Shown: piece after piece, positions 1-11,796 of the stretch
How the letters are laid out: each line of letters starts with the position of its first letter
Position numbering within the stretch: the stretch's first letter is position 1
Assembly: GCA_050613775.1 (NCBI GenBank)
Contig: JBODTK010000141.1
Span: 418,970-438,969, forward strand
Direction: 5' to 3'
Length of the DNA: 20,000 nucleotides
Source: Neocallimastix sp. 'constans'
Lineage: Eukaryota
Made by a program: the position numbers and the translations under genes
The notes under the pieces: generated by a model
What the model was told of the DNA's origin: nothing
The model's database searches: none
Seen by the model: only the letters and a program-made list of their open reading frames with translations

Positions 1-1017
1 GTTTACAAACCATACCGACATAACCTAGTTCTAATGGATAATCATTATTAATTAAAAGATCAACACCTTTTTCTGGTTCAACAAGGTCCATTTTAGTAAT
101 AACACCAATTGTACGTTGACCATAAGGATCAACTTTACGACTATGAGTCAAAGCTTCAGAATTGGCTAAATCTACATCAGCAGATGAAATAGCTCTATAT
201 GATTATTTGTAATAATATATAAATAATATATTCAGTTTTAAATCATAATTTAAATTCATGCCATTAATTAATCATTAAATATAATTGATATAATTGATAT
301 AATTGATATAATTAATATAATTAATATTTTCATCAAATTTTTATTATATCTATAATATGTATATATATTATACTTACAAAATAATATTTGGTTCAACAAT
401 ATATCTATCACAAAGTTCAACAATTTTTCTCTTTAAAATTGGTGGTTGTTTACGATTAATAACTTGAATATAACCGGGTAAATCAATTAAAGTTAAATCT
501 GGAACATTTGGAGAATAAATTTTTAATTCTATTGGGTCAGTAGAAATACATTCACTCTCAGAAACAGACTAAATATATAAATGTATTTTTTATCAATATA
601 AAATTTAGATATTAAAATAATACATTTTATTTCATTAATACAATCTTTTATTATAAATAACTAATAATAACAATTATATTATTATATATTAATATATATA
701 TTAATAATTGATTTTAAATTTTACCATATTTAATTCAGATAGAGTTCTTTGAATTTGAGTAAAATCAGTCATATTTTTCATACCAATTTCAGGGAACTCA
801 CCATATTCTTCTTCAGCATTTGGTGTATGAACTAAAGTCAATTCAATAGGTCTTTTAGAAAATAATAATTCAATATATTATTAAATATTTTCCAAAATTA
901 AATTATTATAATATATGATAAATAAATACCTTCTTGTAACCATATTGTTACCCCTTTATAGATTATTATTTAATATTGATATTAATATAATAAAAAAAAT
1001 TAAAAAAATAATAAAAA

Positions 1018-1048
<31 letters not shown>

Positions 1049-1703
1049 TAATAATAATAAAGCAATTATTTAAATACTATTTTTGGTAAATTAATTTAAA
1101 AATATATACTCTTATAATAATTATAATAAATTATTTTTAAAATTACTTTGGAAGAAATTCATGACCAACAATAGCTTCTAAAACTGAACTTTTACCAGAA
1201 GACTGAGAACCAATAACAACAATACTTGGTAATTGTAAAGCACTACAATTTTGATTAACTGTTTTTAAGATATTTCTAACTTCAATTAGTTGTTTAGTCA
1301 ACATCATAAAGTCATCTTGATTTGAATTTAATGCTGAATTTCCACCCTTTCCATTTTTACCATATGGTAATGTGTTAGATGACAATTCACCACTATTATC
1401 TAATTCCATACCACTATCTGACATATCAAGGGCACTTTTATAATGATATTGAAATGAAATGAAAGATTGAGAAATGGTTGTAGAATGAATATAACTATTA
1501 AATCTTTTTTTGGTTTGTACCCATCTTGATATTATAGTACCTCTTAAAAATCCTTTCATACCAACATTTTCTACGGGAGTTCTTTTAGTCGATAAAGATT
1601 CAAAATTTGGTTGATTGAATGATTGATACTGAAATAATGGTTGATTATTGTATCTTCTTTTTGTAAGAGGATTACAATATAATGGTGCTGACATTGAATA
1701 CAT
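1..1703 (-). CDS. MGM1: Dynamin-related GTPase Mgm1 (OPA1-like inner-membrane fusion GTPase), 5' portion; gene continues beyond the left edge
   Basis: GT-AG exons that join in frame: 1703-1147, 953-930, 851-725, 568-378, 194-<1. Translation gives [14 protein letters not shown]...[43 protein letters not shown] (G1/G2), [14 protein letters not shown] (G3) and [12 protein letters not shown] (G4). The GHEFLPKG-x-NMVTRRPIELTL signature and long N-terminal extension fit Mgm1 rather than Dnm1/Vps1. Possible 5'-UTR intron at 1936-1716 (GTATAT...TAG). Confidence 0.93.
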
Positions 1704-1980
1704 TTTTACAAATATCTATAATATAATATAACTTTAATTTTACAATTTAATCAATGTAATGTCAATAAAAAACTATTATATCAATAATATAATAATTACA
1801 TATCCAAATATAAAAACATTATAATAAACTAAAATTACAATAATAATAAATATTTATAAATTTCATTTATGTATAATCTTATATAAATTAAACTAATTAT
1901 AATAAATCAAAAGCCCTTATTTAAAATAATATATACCTTTTTATTTAAAGAAAAGAAAAATAATAAATTCTAATTATTAT

Positions 1981-2215
1981 TATATTCTTATTATTATTAT
2001 TATTATTAGTATTAGTATTAGTATTAGTATTATTAATAGTATTAATATTAGTATTAGTATTAGTATTATTTATTATGTTATTAAAACAATTCCTTATTTT
2101 ATTATTATTATTATTATCATTATTATTAGTAGTATTAGTATTAGTATTATCTACTATTATATTATTAAAACAAATCCTTATTTTATTATTATTATTATTA
2201 TCATTATTATAATTA
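1981..2215. repeat. Compound (ATT)n/(AGTATT)n microsatellite with an imperfect ~85-bp duplication
   Basis: The block tattaaaacaa(t/a)tccttatttt(att)n-catt occurs at ~2079 and ~2163, embedded in attagt/att runs. Confidence 0.7.
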
Positions 2216-2288
2216 TTAAAAAAAAAATATATAATTAATTTATTTTAAAAAAACTGATTTTATTTTAATAATTACTTCAAAATTGGTC

Positions 2289-2326
<38 letters not shown>

Positions 2327-2630
2327 TGAGAGAGAGATTTTAACAATATGATAATTTTTTTCTCTTTATTATTTCATACTTTTAATAACATTTATTTTTA
2401 ATCCATTGAATTTGTTTTTGAAATACTTTTTATTATTATTATCTTTATTATTTTTAATATATCAATAATTAAGAAATAAATTTATTTTCTTAATTATATA
2501 AATATTAATTAAAATAATAGATAAAACAAAAAAAAGAATAAAAAAAAAAAAAAAAAAATATTTTTTAAAAATTATATATATTTATTAAAAGAATAGAAAA
2601 AATGTTTTGTATAAAAAAAAAAAAAAGTCA

Positions 2631-2796
<166 letters not shown>

Positions 2797-3479
2797 TATG
2801 TATTATATATATTTTTTAATTTCAAAAAAAAAAAAGGCTATTTCCAATAATGGAATTATTTTTATTAATCAATATATAATAATATACTATTAATTAAATA
2901 CTTTCATATATTTATTATATGTTCGTTACATATAAAAGTTTCCATTTTTCATAACAAACTTAAATCAGTAATAATCATAAAATATTAAAAATTACTATAT
3001 ATAAAAAAATTTGAGGTTAAATTATGGTTGTAATGTACCACCATCATACTTTTTTTTTCTTCTTCTCATAAATTTAATAGCAAATACAAAAGATAGTTTA
3101 GATTTAATTTTAATTTAATAAACTATATATATATAATGTTTTACATTGTAATATATTATACATATATTAAATAATATAGATTATGTTAAAAATAAAGTTT
3201 AACTTTGAATAATTTATTTATTTTTTTTAATTAATACTCAAAGAAAATATGTAAAATCTGTGGCTAATTTAACTAGAATTTTATTAAATGTTTTAATTAA
3301 GAGTCTCATTGACTCAGTGTAATAAAAAATAACAAATAATATTAATTAATTACAATCAAACTGTATGTATATAAATTAATATTATTACTTATTATATTAG
3401 AATGACAGAAAATTTTACAGCCATGAAGGATTTATTGATCGTAAATAATCATAGATTATTATTAACAAAAAAAAATATA

Positions 3480-3813
3480 TTACATGACAAATTATTTAAC
3501 AAACTTGACTAATGTAGTGAAATGCAATGACATAATTTATTTCGCCAACATAGGGATAGTTACCATCTCATATAAAGTTACATACATCAGATGCGTAAAT
3601 ACATATAAAATTTCATTAAATGATGTATTCCACATTCCAGAATTCAAAAGAACTCTATTGTTGTAATGAATTCTAAAATTTCAGAAATTAGAATAATAGT
3701 CTACTGGTTAGTTATACTGACCTGGACAAACACTTTATGGGTTGACACCGACCTCGACCTATATTACAAAATTATTATTTTAAATATTTATTAATTATAT
3801 TTTCTATATTTCT

Positions 3814-3872
<59 letters not shown>

Positions 3873-5185
3873 TTAATGTAATTTCTTTGGTTAATAATTT
3901 AACCGAATAAAACTAAAAAATACTAATTTTATAATTATTTTATCTTTTTTTCCATAAGATTCATTTTCATTAATCAAGGTCTTTTTCATAAACTTTCATA
4001 CTTTTTTATTCACGAAATTTTTTTCCGGAAAAAGTATAAATATGAGTGATTTCATTAACAAAATATTTTTCTTTATACTTTTATTTTTTTATTTTTAATA
4101 TATAAGTAATATCTTAATTGTAGTTATTCAATAATTTTTAATACTCTTTAATATTAAAATTAATAAAAATTTTAATAAAACAACTTTCTTTATCTCCTCA
4201 TTACTTATATATTTATTGTGTCAATATATTAGGTCAATAAAATTATACATGTTGTTATCAATTCAGTTCAATAATAATTAGCTAAACATTACAATTGTCG
4301 ATAGATAATTTATATAAAGAAGACTTCATGATAATTTTCTATAATTTCAATAATAAGAACTTAATCTCAATATATTATTGTAACAGAAAAAAATTTTCAC
4401 TAACACTCAAATAAATATAAGAAATACAAAGTTTGGACGTTTAAGAGAATGCTAAGATAACAAATCAAAAATAAGGAGGAACCCATAAAGCATGAAAGTA
4501 TTATAAAAGCTTTTAATACTTAAAATATGGAACTTTGGCCCAGACGATTAGGCCGTTTCTACATTATAACATTAAGGATATGTTAGTAAGCATAAGCATA
4601 AATAATAAATGTAGAGTGCGTGTTTCAAAGATGAAGAAAAGGATTACCATAATTCGGGAAACAAGTCAAAAAAACCTTTTTAATATGTTCTCGTGGATAC
4701 TATCTCTTCCTCTGATATATTTCTTTATGGAAATAAATACTTTATGACTATGTTCGACGACTATACTAGATATTGTTGGGTTTTCTTCATGAAGATAAAA
4801 TTCGAAGTATTTCAAAACTTCTATAGATTGTATAAAATAACAAAAAACATATTCAAATTTAACATAAAACAATATACGCTCCGACAACGGAAGTTTGATA
4901 AAAATAGTAATAATGGCTTACAATATTTTGTGAAGAGAATGGTAATGTTCATTAATTTACAATACCTTATAATCCACAACAAAATGGATGATCCAAATGT
5001 TCCAAGAAACATTAATATATAACCCAATGGTTACGATTAAGGATAGGAAATTAAACCATAAGTTTTAAGAAGATACCATTAGAATAGCCAATTACATACA
5101 CAACAGATTACTTCACTGATATAATAAAATCCCCTTTGTAAAACTATACAAAAAGAAAGTCGATTATGAAAGTTTTAGGGTATAT
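3480..5185 (+). mobile_element. Degenerate Ty1/copia LTR-retrotransposon pol remnant (post-protease region, GAG-pre-integrase, rve integrase core); frameshifted and interrupted
   Basis: 3484-3666 MTN...IYFAN...ISLNDVFHIPEFKRTLL resembles copia HMT...V.LKDVLYVP...NLLS. 4536 WPRRLGRF matches WHRRLGH; KCRV..SKM is a degenerate CxxC-K. 4693 VDT...GNKYFMTMFDDYTRYCWVFFMKIKFEVF; 4874 IRSDNG; ~4960 TIPYNPQQNG*; 5063 F*EDTIRIANYIHNRL; ~5131-5185 PFVKLYKKKVDYESFRVY matches PYE...KPD...LRVFG. Motifs lie in different frames with stops. No LTR pair, RT or RNase H could be confidently seen. Confidence 0.9.
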
Positions 5186-5908
5186 AATTTAAATAAGTTT
5201 ACACATTTATTTCAATTTTATTATTTTATTGTTTATAATCGAATTTTATTTATTATTTCTAAGATCATTAAATAATTATTTTATTTTTACTTTTATATTA
5301 TTTTAATTGTATAAATCTAATTATCACGTTATTAGATAAATGTTCAAGTCTTTATGGGTCATATCACAGTTTAATAATAAATGATATTTTTTTACATTAA
5401 TATTATTTATATATAAAATTTATTATGTTTTATTACAATAATATCCATATATTAAACTTTATTTCTAACAATATTTAATATTTAGAAGATAAAAAAAAAA
5501 CATATTACATAATTTCGTGCTTTTATAATTTATATAATTTATTAAAATTTTAAATTATGGAATTAATAATCATAAAAAAAATAAATAAATAAATAAAATG
5601 TATATTAAAATACGATACACAGAAATAAAATTAAAAAAAAAAAAAAAAACAATAATAATAATAATAATAATAATAAAATTTAAATTATAAAATTTTTAAT
5701 AATTCATAAATAAATTCTTATAATAGTTACATAAATGTATTGTATATCATGATTCATGGAAATAAAATTTTAAAAATAAAAAATAAAAAATAAAAATATT
5801 TAATTATATTATTTTATAAATTATTATGAAAAAATAAAAATAAATATATATATATAAATATATATTTATTTACATATTTATAGATTAAAATATTTAAAAA
5901 TTATTAAA

Positions 5909-5962
<54 letters not shown>

Positions 5963-6096
5963 ATACAATAAAATAAAAATTAATATTTGTTAATAGGATT
6001 TTGTTGTATTATCAAAGTTATTATTATTATTATTATCAAAACCTTTGCAATATATTATATATATAGAAGAATATCGATAGAAATTAGAAAAATAGT

Positions 6097-6832
6097 TTAG
6101 TGTTTAGCTTTTTTATCAGTAATATCAATTACATCCATTTCCCTTGCTCGTTTCTTTTGTTGTCTATATTGAATTCTTCTTTCATATCTATGTAAATTTA
6201 AATAAAATAAAATAAAATGGAATTTAATAAAAATAAATAAAAAAAAAAAAAAAAATAAAAAGCAAAAAAGAATAAAAAATAAAAAATTAATAATAATAAT
6301 AATATATATATATATAAATCCACTTACGTTTGATAAACTTTTTGACCTCTTGTCATTGGGTATTCTTGATTCATTTGATTATACATTTTATTACGCATTC
6401 CTATTCCCATATTTTGTTGATTCATCATTTGATTCATCATTGGACGATTTGTAGCAGTATTCATCATAACACCTGGAATGCCATCCCACATTTGCATTGT
6501 TTCATTATTCATATTCCATCCATTATTATTATAAGACTGATAAACTCTATAATTATTATCATTCATGTATGTTGGTATCATTTTATTATATTCATTCTGC
6601 ATATTCATATTATTTTTATAATTATTTGAATAATTCATATTATATTGATTATTGCCAGAATAATAATTATGTTTCTGTTTACCATCTTGATTTCTCCCTT
6701 TATTAATTTTCATATCATTAGATTTAATTTTATTATTTTGATTTTGTCTTATATTATTCTTATTATTAATTTTACTTTTTGGATTAATATTACTCTTACT
6801 ATTGTTATTAGTATTAGTATTTGTTAATGGAC

Positions 6833-6893
<61 letters not shown>

Positions 6894-7738
6894 TAAGGTA
6901 TTTAAATTTCCATCAACTTTATTATCGGAATTAATATTCTTATTATTTCCTGATTTTTTATTAGTATATTCTAATAAATGATGTTCAACAGCTTGACGTA
7001 GTTTTTTATTAGGTACTAAATTATCAGGAGACTGACCTTGATGACAATTTGGACATTCCATTTTGGTATTTGTTTCTTTTAATAAATGATTTCTTATACC
7101 TATTATTATAAATAAATATTATAAACATTTTATTATATTAAATAAATTATAATTAAAAATATTAATTTTGATCTACTTACACTCATCACAATAGCTTTTA
7201 CCACAGCATGGAATAGAAACAGCATCTTTAAATATTTTTTCACAAAGTGGACATCGAAGATTGTCTGGAACAGGAACAGCATTATATATATCTTCATTAA
7301 ATACTGTACCAACTTTAGAGGTCATTTTTTTCCATTCTTGTTCATTCGGTTGTACAACTACTAAATCACCATTTTGATTTACCATTACACCACCTTCTTT
7401 TGCTTGTTCCGTATTTGCAGCTTTTAAAAAGCATTTAGGAATACCTGTTGTTCTTTTTAACTTTGGTCTATCAAATTCTTTATCACCAATTGTTGGACAG
7501 TTATTTATAAAATGACCTATATATTGCAAACATTATCATATTTTAAAAAATTATAATAATAAAGAATAATAATAAATAAATAAATAAATAAATAAATAAA
7601 ATAAAATAAAATAAAATAAAAATAAAATATACATATATAAAAAGTCAATAGATATTATAATATAAGGAAAATATAAATATGTAAATTAAAATAAAAACTA
7701 CAAAATCCTTAAATACTTATTTTTAAATTATATATATA

Positions 7739-7802
<64 letters not shown>

Positions 7803-8750
7803 TAACAATATAAAATAATAATAAATAAAAACAAAATAAAATAAAATAAAATAAAAAATAAAAAATACTATTATTTAATAACAATATATTAATTGTAATA
7901 ATATATTAATAATATCTTTTATATTTATATTTAAAATAATTTTTTATTTATTTATTTAAAAAATTATTTTTTAAAATTTTTAAACTAAATATTTATTCAG
8001 TATATATATATTTATATTTTAGTTATAATAAATATTGTATAAAAAAAAATAAGGAAAAAAAATTTTTTTTATAAAATTATATGAATATAATTCAACTATT
8101 AACTTTTAGAAATTCTGATATAAATTATAATTAAAATTAATTATTCATGATATTATTATAATTATGTATCTATATAATGTAGTTAGATATCAAATATTTT
8201 GTTACTATATTAAATATCAATCAAATAAAACTTTTTAAAAAATATAATTGACTTTAATTTCTATATCATATATTTATATATATTTATCTTTTACTTTATT
8301 TGTTAAATTGTAACATTAAAACTAATTTTTAATATGTATTATAATAAATTTAAATCATTTAAAAATTAAATAAAAAATTTTATTTTATTGAATAAATTTT
8401 ATTGTTGTTAACTGTTATATAATACATATTTCTTTATGAATATATATAACATTAACAATGATGAATATATATATTATTATTATATTTTATATTTTATTTA
8501 TTTATATATATTATTTTTTATTTCTTTAGAATTTTGAATTATTGTTTTTTTTTTTTTCCCTTTATGATTCTGATATTTATTTACAATATTTAAAAAATTT
8601 GTGTATTATTTCATTAAACATTATAATCAATTATTGTTTATATATAATTGATATTTGTACATAAAATTAAATATTTAAAAATGCTAATATATAAATACAT
8701 TTTTTACAAACTTAATCATTAATATAAATATATTTACTTTAAAAAATACT

Positions 8751-8793
<43 letters not shown>

Positions 8794-9925
8794 AAATAAA
8801 ACCTTAAAAAAAAAATATTTATTATTACAAATTTTAAAATGTAAATTTATACCTTTTTGTCCACATCGAAAGCAAACATATGATGGATTAGGTACTTTTT
8901 GAGGAACAGTTGTGGCATTTGGATTTGTTGGCTTTGCACCTGCAGTACTTCCCGTTGAATGACTACTGATAAAATGTGGTCTATATGGTACAGACTTTGC
9001 ACTAATTCCATTTAAATTTTTTAATTATATATATATATATTTTTTATAATTACAATTAAAAAAATAAATAAATATTATTATTTTAATTTAATGTTTAATT
9101 ATTTATTTCTTTTATTTTTAAATTTAAAAAAAAATTTACTTAGCCATTTGATCTTGTAATTGCATCCAATGTTCATTTGATTTTTGAAACATTGCATTAA
9201 TTCTTTCCTCTTCAGTTAATCCTTCAAGCGTTTCCTCAGATTTAACACCATTTTTATTTACTTTACTAATAATATAATATATAAATTAATTTTAACATTT
9301 TAATTAATTAGTATTAATATACAATATTAAACTGTTTAATTTATATATATTTATGTACTTCGTAGTAGTTATTTTATTTTTTCCTATTGATGGCCCACTT
9401 TTCGCTGAATTTGCAACCCTTCTTCCAATAATATGAGTTGGACCCGTTCCTGTCAAATATTTTTGTGCATTACCTTTTCCAGGTCTTTCAACTGGTACTC
9501 TTCTTACTATAATTGAAGTATTTCTAGGTATTGTAGCTGAATCATCAGTATATTCTATATAAAGAAAAATATATTTATTATAAATAATATAATTTTAATA
9601 TATATCTATTATATATAAATAATTCCTTCTATTTTTATTTTGTTTTACATATATATATCCACCTTCACCAGTTTGAGCATTAGATACTGATAAATCAAAA
9701 TCTGTTCCTTTACCTAATTTTTTCGAAACCATTATTTCATGTTTAAGATCAAATACTGATAAACTTATTCCATCAAAAGTTACAGTATCATAATCTTTTG
9801 CACTCTAATAACGTTAATTTAAATATTTTAAGTTAAAAGCGTGAATAAATAATATATAAATTTCATAATATAATATTAATAATTTATTACTTTATTACCT
9901 TAAATTTATAATAGATTACAGACAT
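6097..9925 (-). CDS. MPE1: Mpe1/RBBP6-family cleavage and polyadenylation factor and E3 ligase (DWNN ubiquitin-like domain, CCHC zinc knuckle, RING, N/M/Q-rich tail), about 612 aa
   Basis: Exons 9925-9899, 9804-9663, 9554-9359, 9265-9140, 9001-8853, 7516-7181, 7099-6328 and 6187-6097 total 1839 nt in frame. DWNN: MSVIYYKFKSAKDYDTVTFDGISLSVFDLKHEI...EEYTDDSATIPRNTSIIVRRVP. Knuckle: YVCFRCGQKGHFINNCPT, followed by KRTTGIPK. RING: CPLCEKIFKDAVSIPCCGKSYCDECIR...CPNC. Confidence 0.95.
6833..6893 (-). repeat. Coding (AAT)n trinucleotide repeat encoding poly-Asn (~20 N) in MPE1 exon 7
   Basis: (tta)n run on the + strand inside ORF 6324-7061. Confidence 0.9.
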
Positions 9926-10827
9926 TTTTTATGATTAAAAACAAAAAAAAAAAAAAATCTACTTTAAACTATTTATAACTTCAAAGATGAAATTTTTGTT
10001 ATTTTTTTTTTTGATTAATTATAACTAAAAATAAAAAATAAAAAAAGTTTTCAATTATCTATATATAAATAACTTTTATTTAATAAATTTTTTTTACCAA
10101 TTTATAACTATTCTTTTCTAAAAATTTTATAATATATTAAAATAGTATTGATTATAATTTATTATGAATAAGTATTATTTTTAATAACAATATTATAAAT
10201 TTAAAACTATGATTTATAATTTGATTAAAGATTTATATTATTAATATATTAACATAAAATAATTATATTTAATTTTTTCAATTCTTATAATTTCTTTATT
10301 TTTTGTTTGTTGTCTACTTTAATTAATAATTATATGTATTAATTTAAAAAGTTAAAAAAAAATAATAATAATAATAATAATAATATTATAGCTTAATTTT
10401 ATTTTGAAAAGATATAGTATTTTTTATTATTTATTAATAAATTAAATAATTGTATATTTTATTGTATGTTATATTATTTTTTTAAAAAAAAAAAAAAAGA
10501 AAGAAAGAAAAAAAAAAAAAAAGAAAAAATCTACTATTATTTATCAATTAAACAATTTTAGAATTAAAATCATATTTATTTTCATCTAATATTCAAAATA
10601 TAATTTACTTCCTTTTTTATAAAAAAAAAATAAAATAAAATAAAATAAAATAACAACAACAATAGAAAAGAAAATATAAAAAAATATAAATAAATTATAT
10701 ATAAATAAAATAATATAATAAAACAATCAGAATATTATCATTTTAGTATATATAATATATTTCATTATTCTTTAATTAAATAATATATAATATTAAACAA
10801 ATAACATAGAATATAAATACATACTAC

Positions 10828-11068
10828 AAAACTTTAATTTTTAATCATTTAAATACAAATTTCAAATAATAAAATATATAATTTTTAATCATTTAAATAC
10901 AAATTTCAAATAATAAAATATATAATTTTTAATCATTTAAATACAAATTTCAAATAATAAAATATATAATTTTTAATCATTTAAATACAAATTTCAAATA
11001 ATAAAATATATAAAAAAAGTATATAAATTAAAAATAATTGTATTTAAATGATTAAAAATTAAATTTTT
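10828..11068. repeat. Four perfect 44-bp tandem repeats closed by an inverted copy of the unit's 5' end (foldback/MITE-like)
   Basis: Unit taatttttaatcatttaaatacaaatttcaaataataaaatata x4 at 10835-11010. 11038-11063 (ttgtatttaaatgattaaaaattaaa) is the exact reverse complement of 10833-10858. Confidence 0.9.
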
Positions 11069-11649
11069 ACTTATTTTATTAATAATATATATCAAATAAT
11101 GTAGAACTACATTTACATAGTTTTAATTAATATCATTAGTAATAATTATTAATCAAAAAATTTAAATAATGATATTTCTCCATAAATAATTAAAAATAAT
11201 ATATAATTATAATTTTTCTAACCAATAGCAATTAATCTCATATACATATTTAATAAAAATATAGACTTTAACCAACGAATTATAATTTTTAAATTTTATA
11301 ATTAGATATAGTGAAAAAACATTAGCATAAATACATAATTCAAGAGCGTTTATAAGAAAAATTTCAAAGACTACTTTTATCATAAAATATTGGAAAATTA
11401 AAAAATAGTTTAGTTAATAAATTTTTATACTAAAATCAAATATTATATTTATAGTAGGAGAAATGGATGAAACTCTTGATTTTAAAACTATAATTATTAA
11501 TTGCATAAATTATATTATATAGGATTAGAGTAATAAATAGATTATTTAATATATAAAATATAAATATATATTTTAATTTATTTAAATATATTTTTATATT
11601 TTATTTATTTATATTAAATCATAATTCATAATAATAATCATTAATATTT

Positions 11650-11689
<40 letters not shown>

Positions 11690-11796
11690 GAAATTTAAAA
11701 AAATATATATATATTAAATCTCTTTAACAAAATAATAAGAAATCTTGAAAAAATCATTAAATTAATAACTATAAATTTGATTCGCCTAAGAAATTT

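Noticed and set aside
3301..3316. TGACTCA (Gcn4/AP-1 site) within GAGTC-N5-GACTC
   Set aside because: A single short match next to a TE relic and far from any gene start; it cannot be told from chance.
3690..3762. YTDLD frame resembling the copia RT/RNase H junction (GYxDxD)
   Set aside because: Too short, out of order relative to the integrase, and lacking flanking motifs.
4666..5027. Minus-strand ORFs 4666-4887 and 4821-5027
   Set aside because: Antisense shadows of the copia integrase remnant.
6324..6327. In-frame TAA ending ORF 6324-7061 (similarly at 1143, 7173 and 12376)
   Set aside because: These stops lie within GTAA splice donors; downstream exons continue in frame.
6330..6827. 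Plus-strand ORFs 6330-6629, 6497-6706 and 6645-6827
   Set aside because: Antisense shadows of the Asn/Met-rich MPE1 exon 7.
8458..8573. Box C (ATGATGA) and box D (CTGA) pair suggesting a C/D snoRNA in the long MPE1 intron
   Set aside because: It is antisense to the host transcript, and the interior is low-complexity A/T with no plausible rRNA guide or terminal stem.
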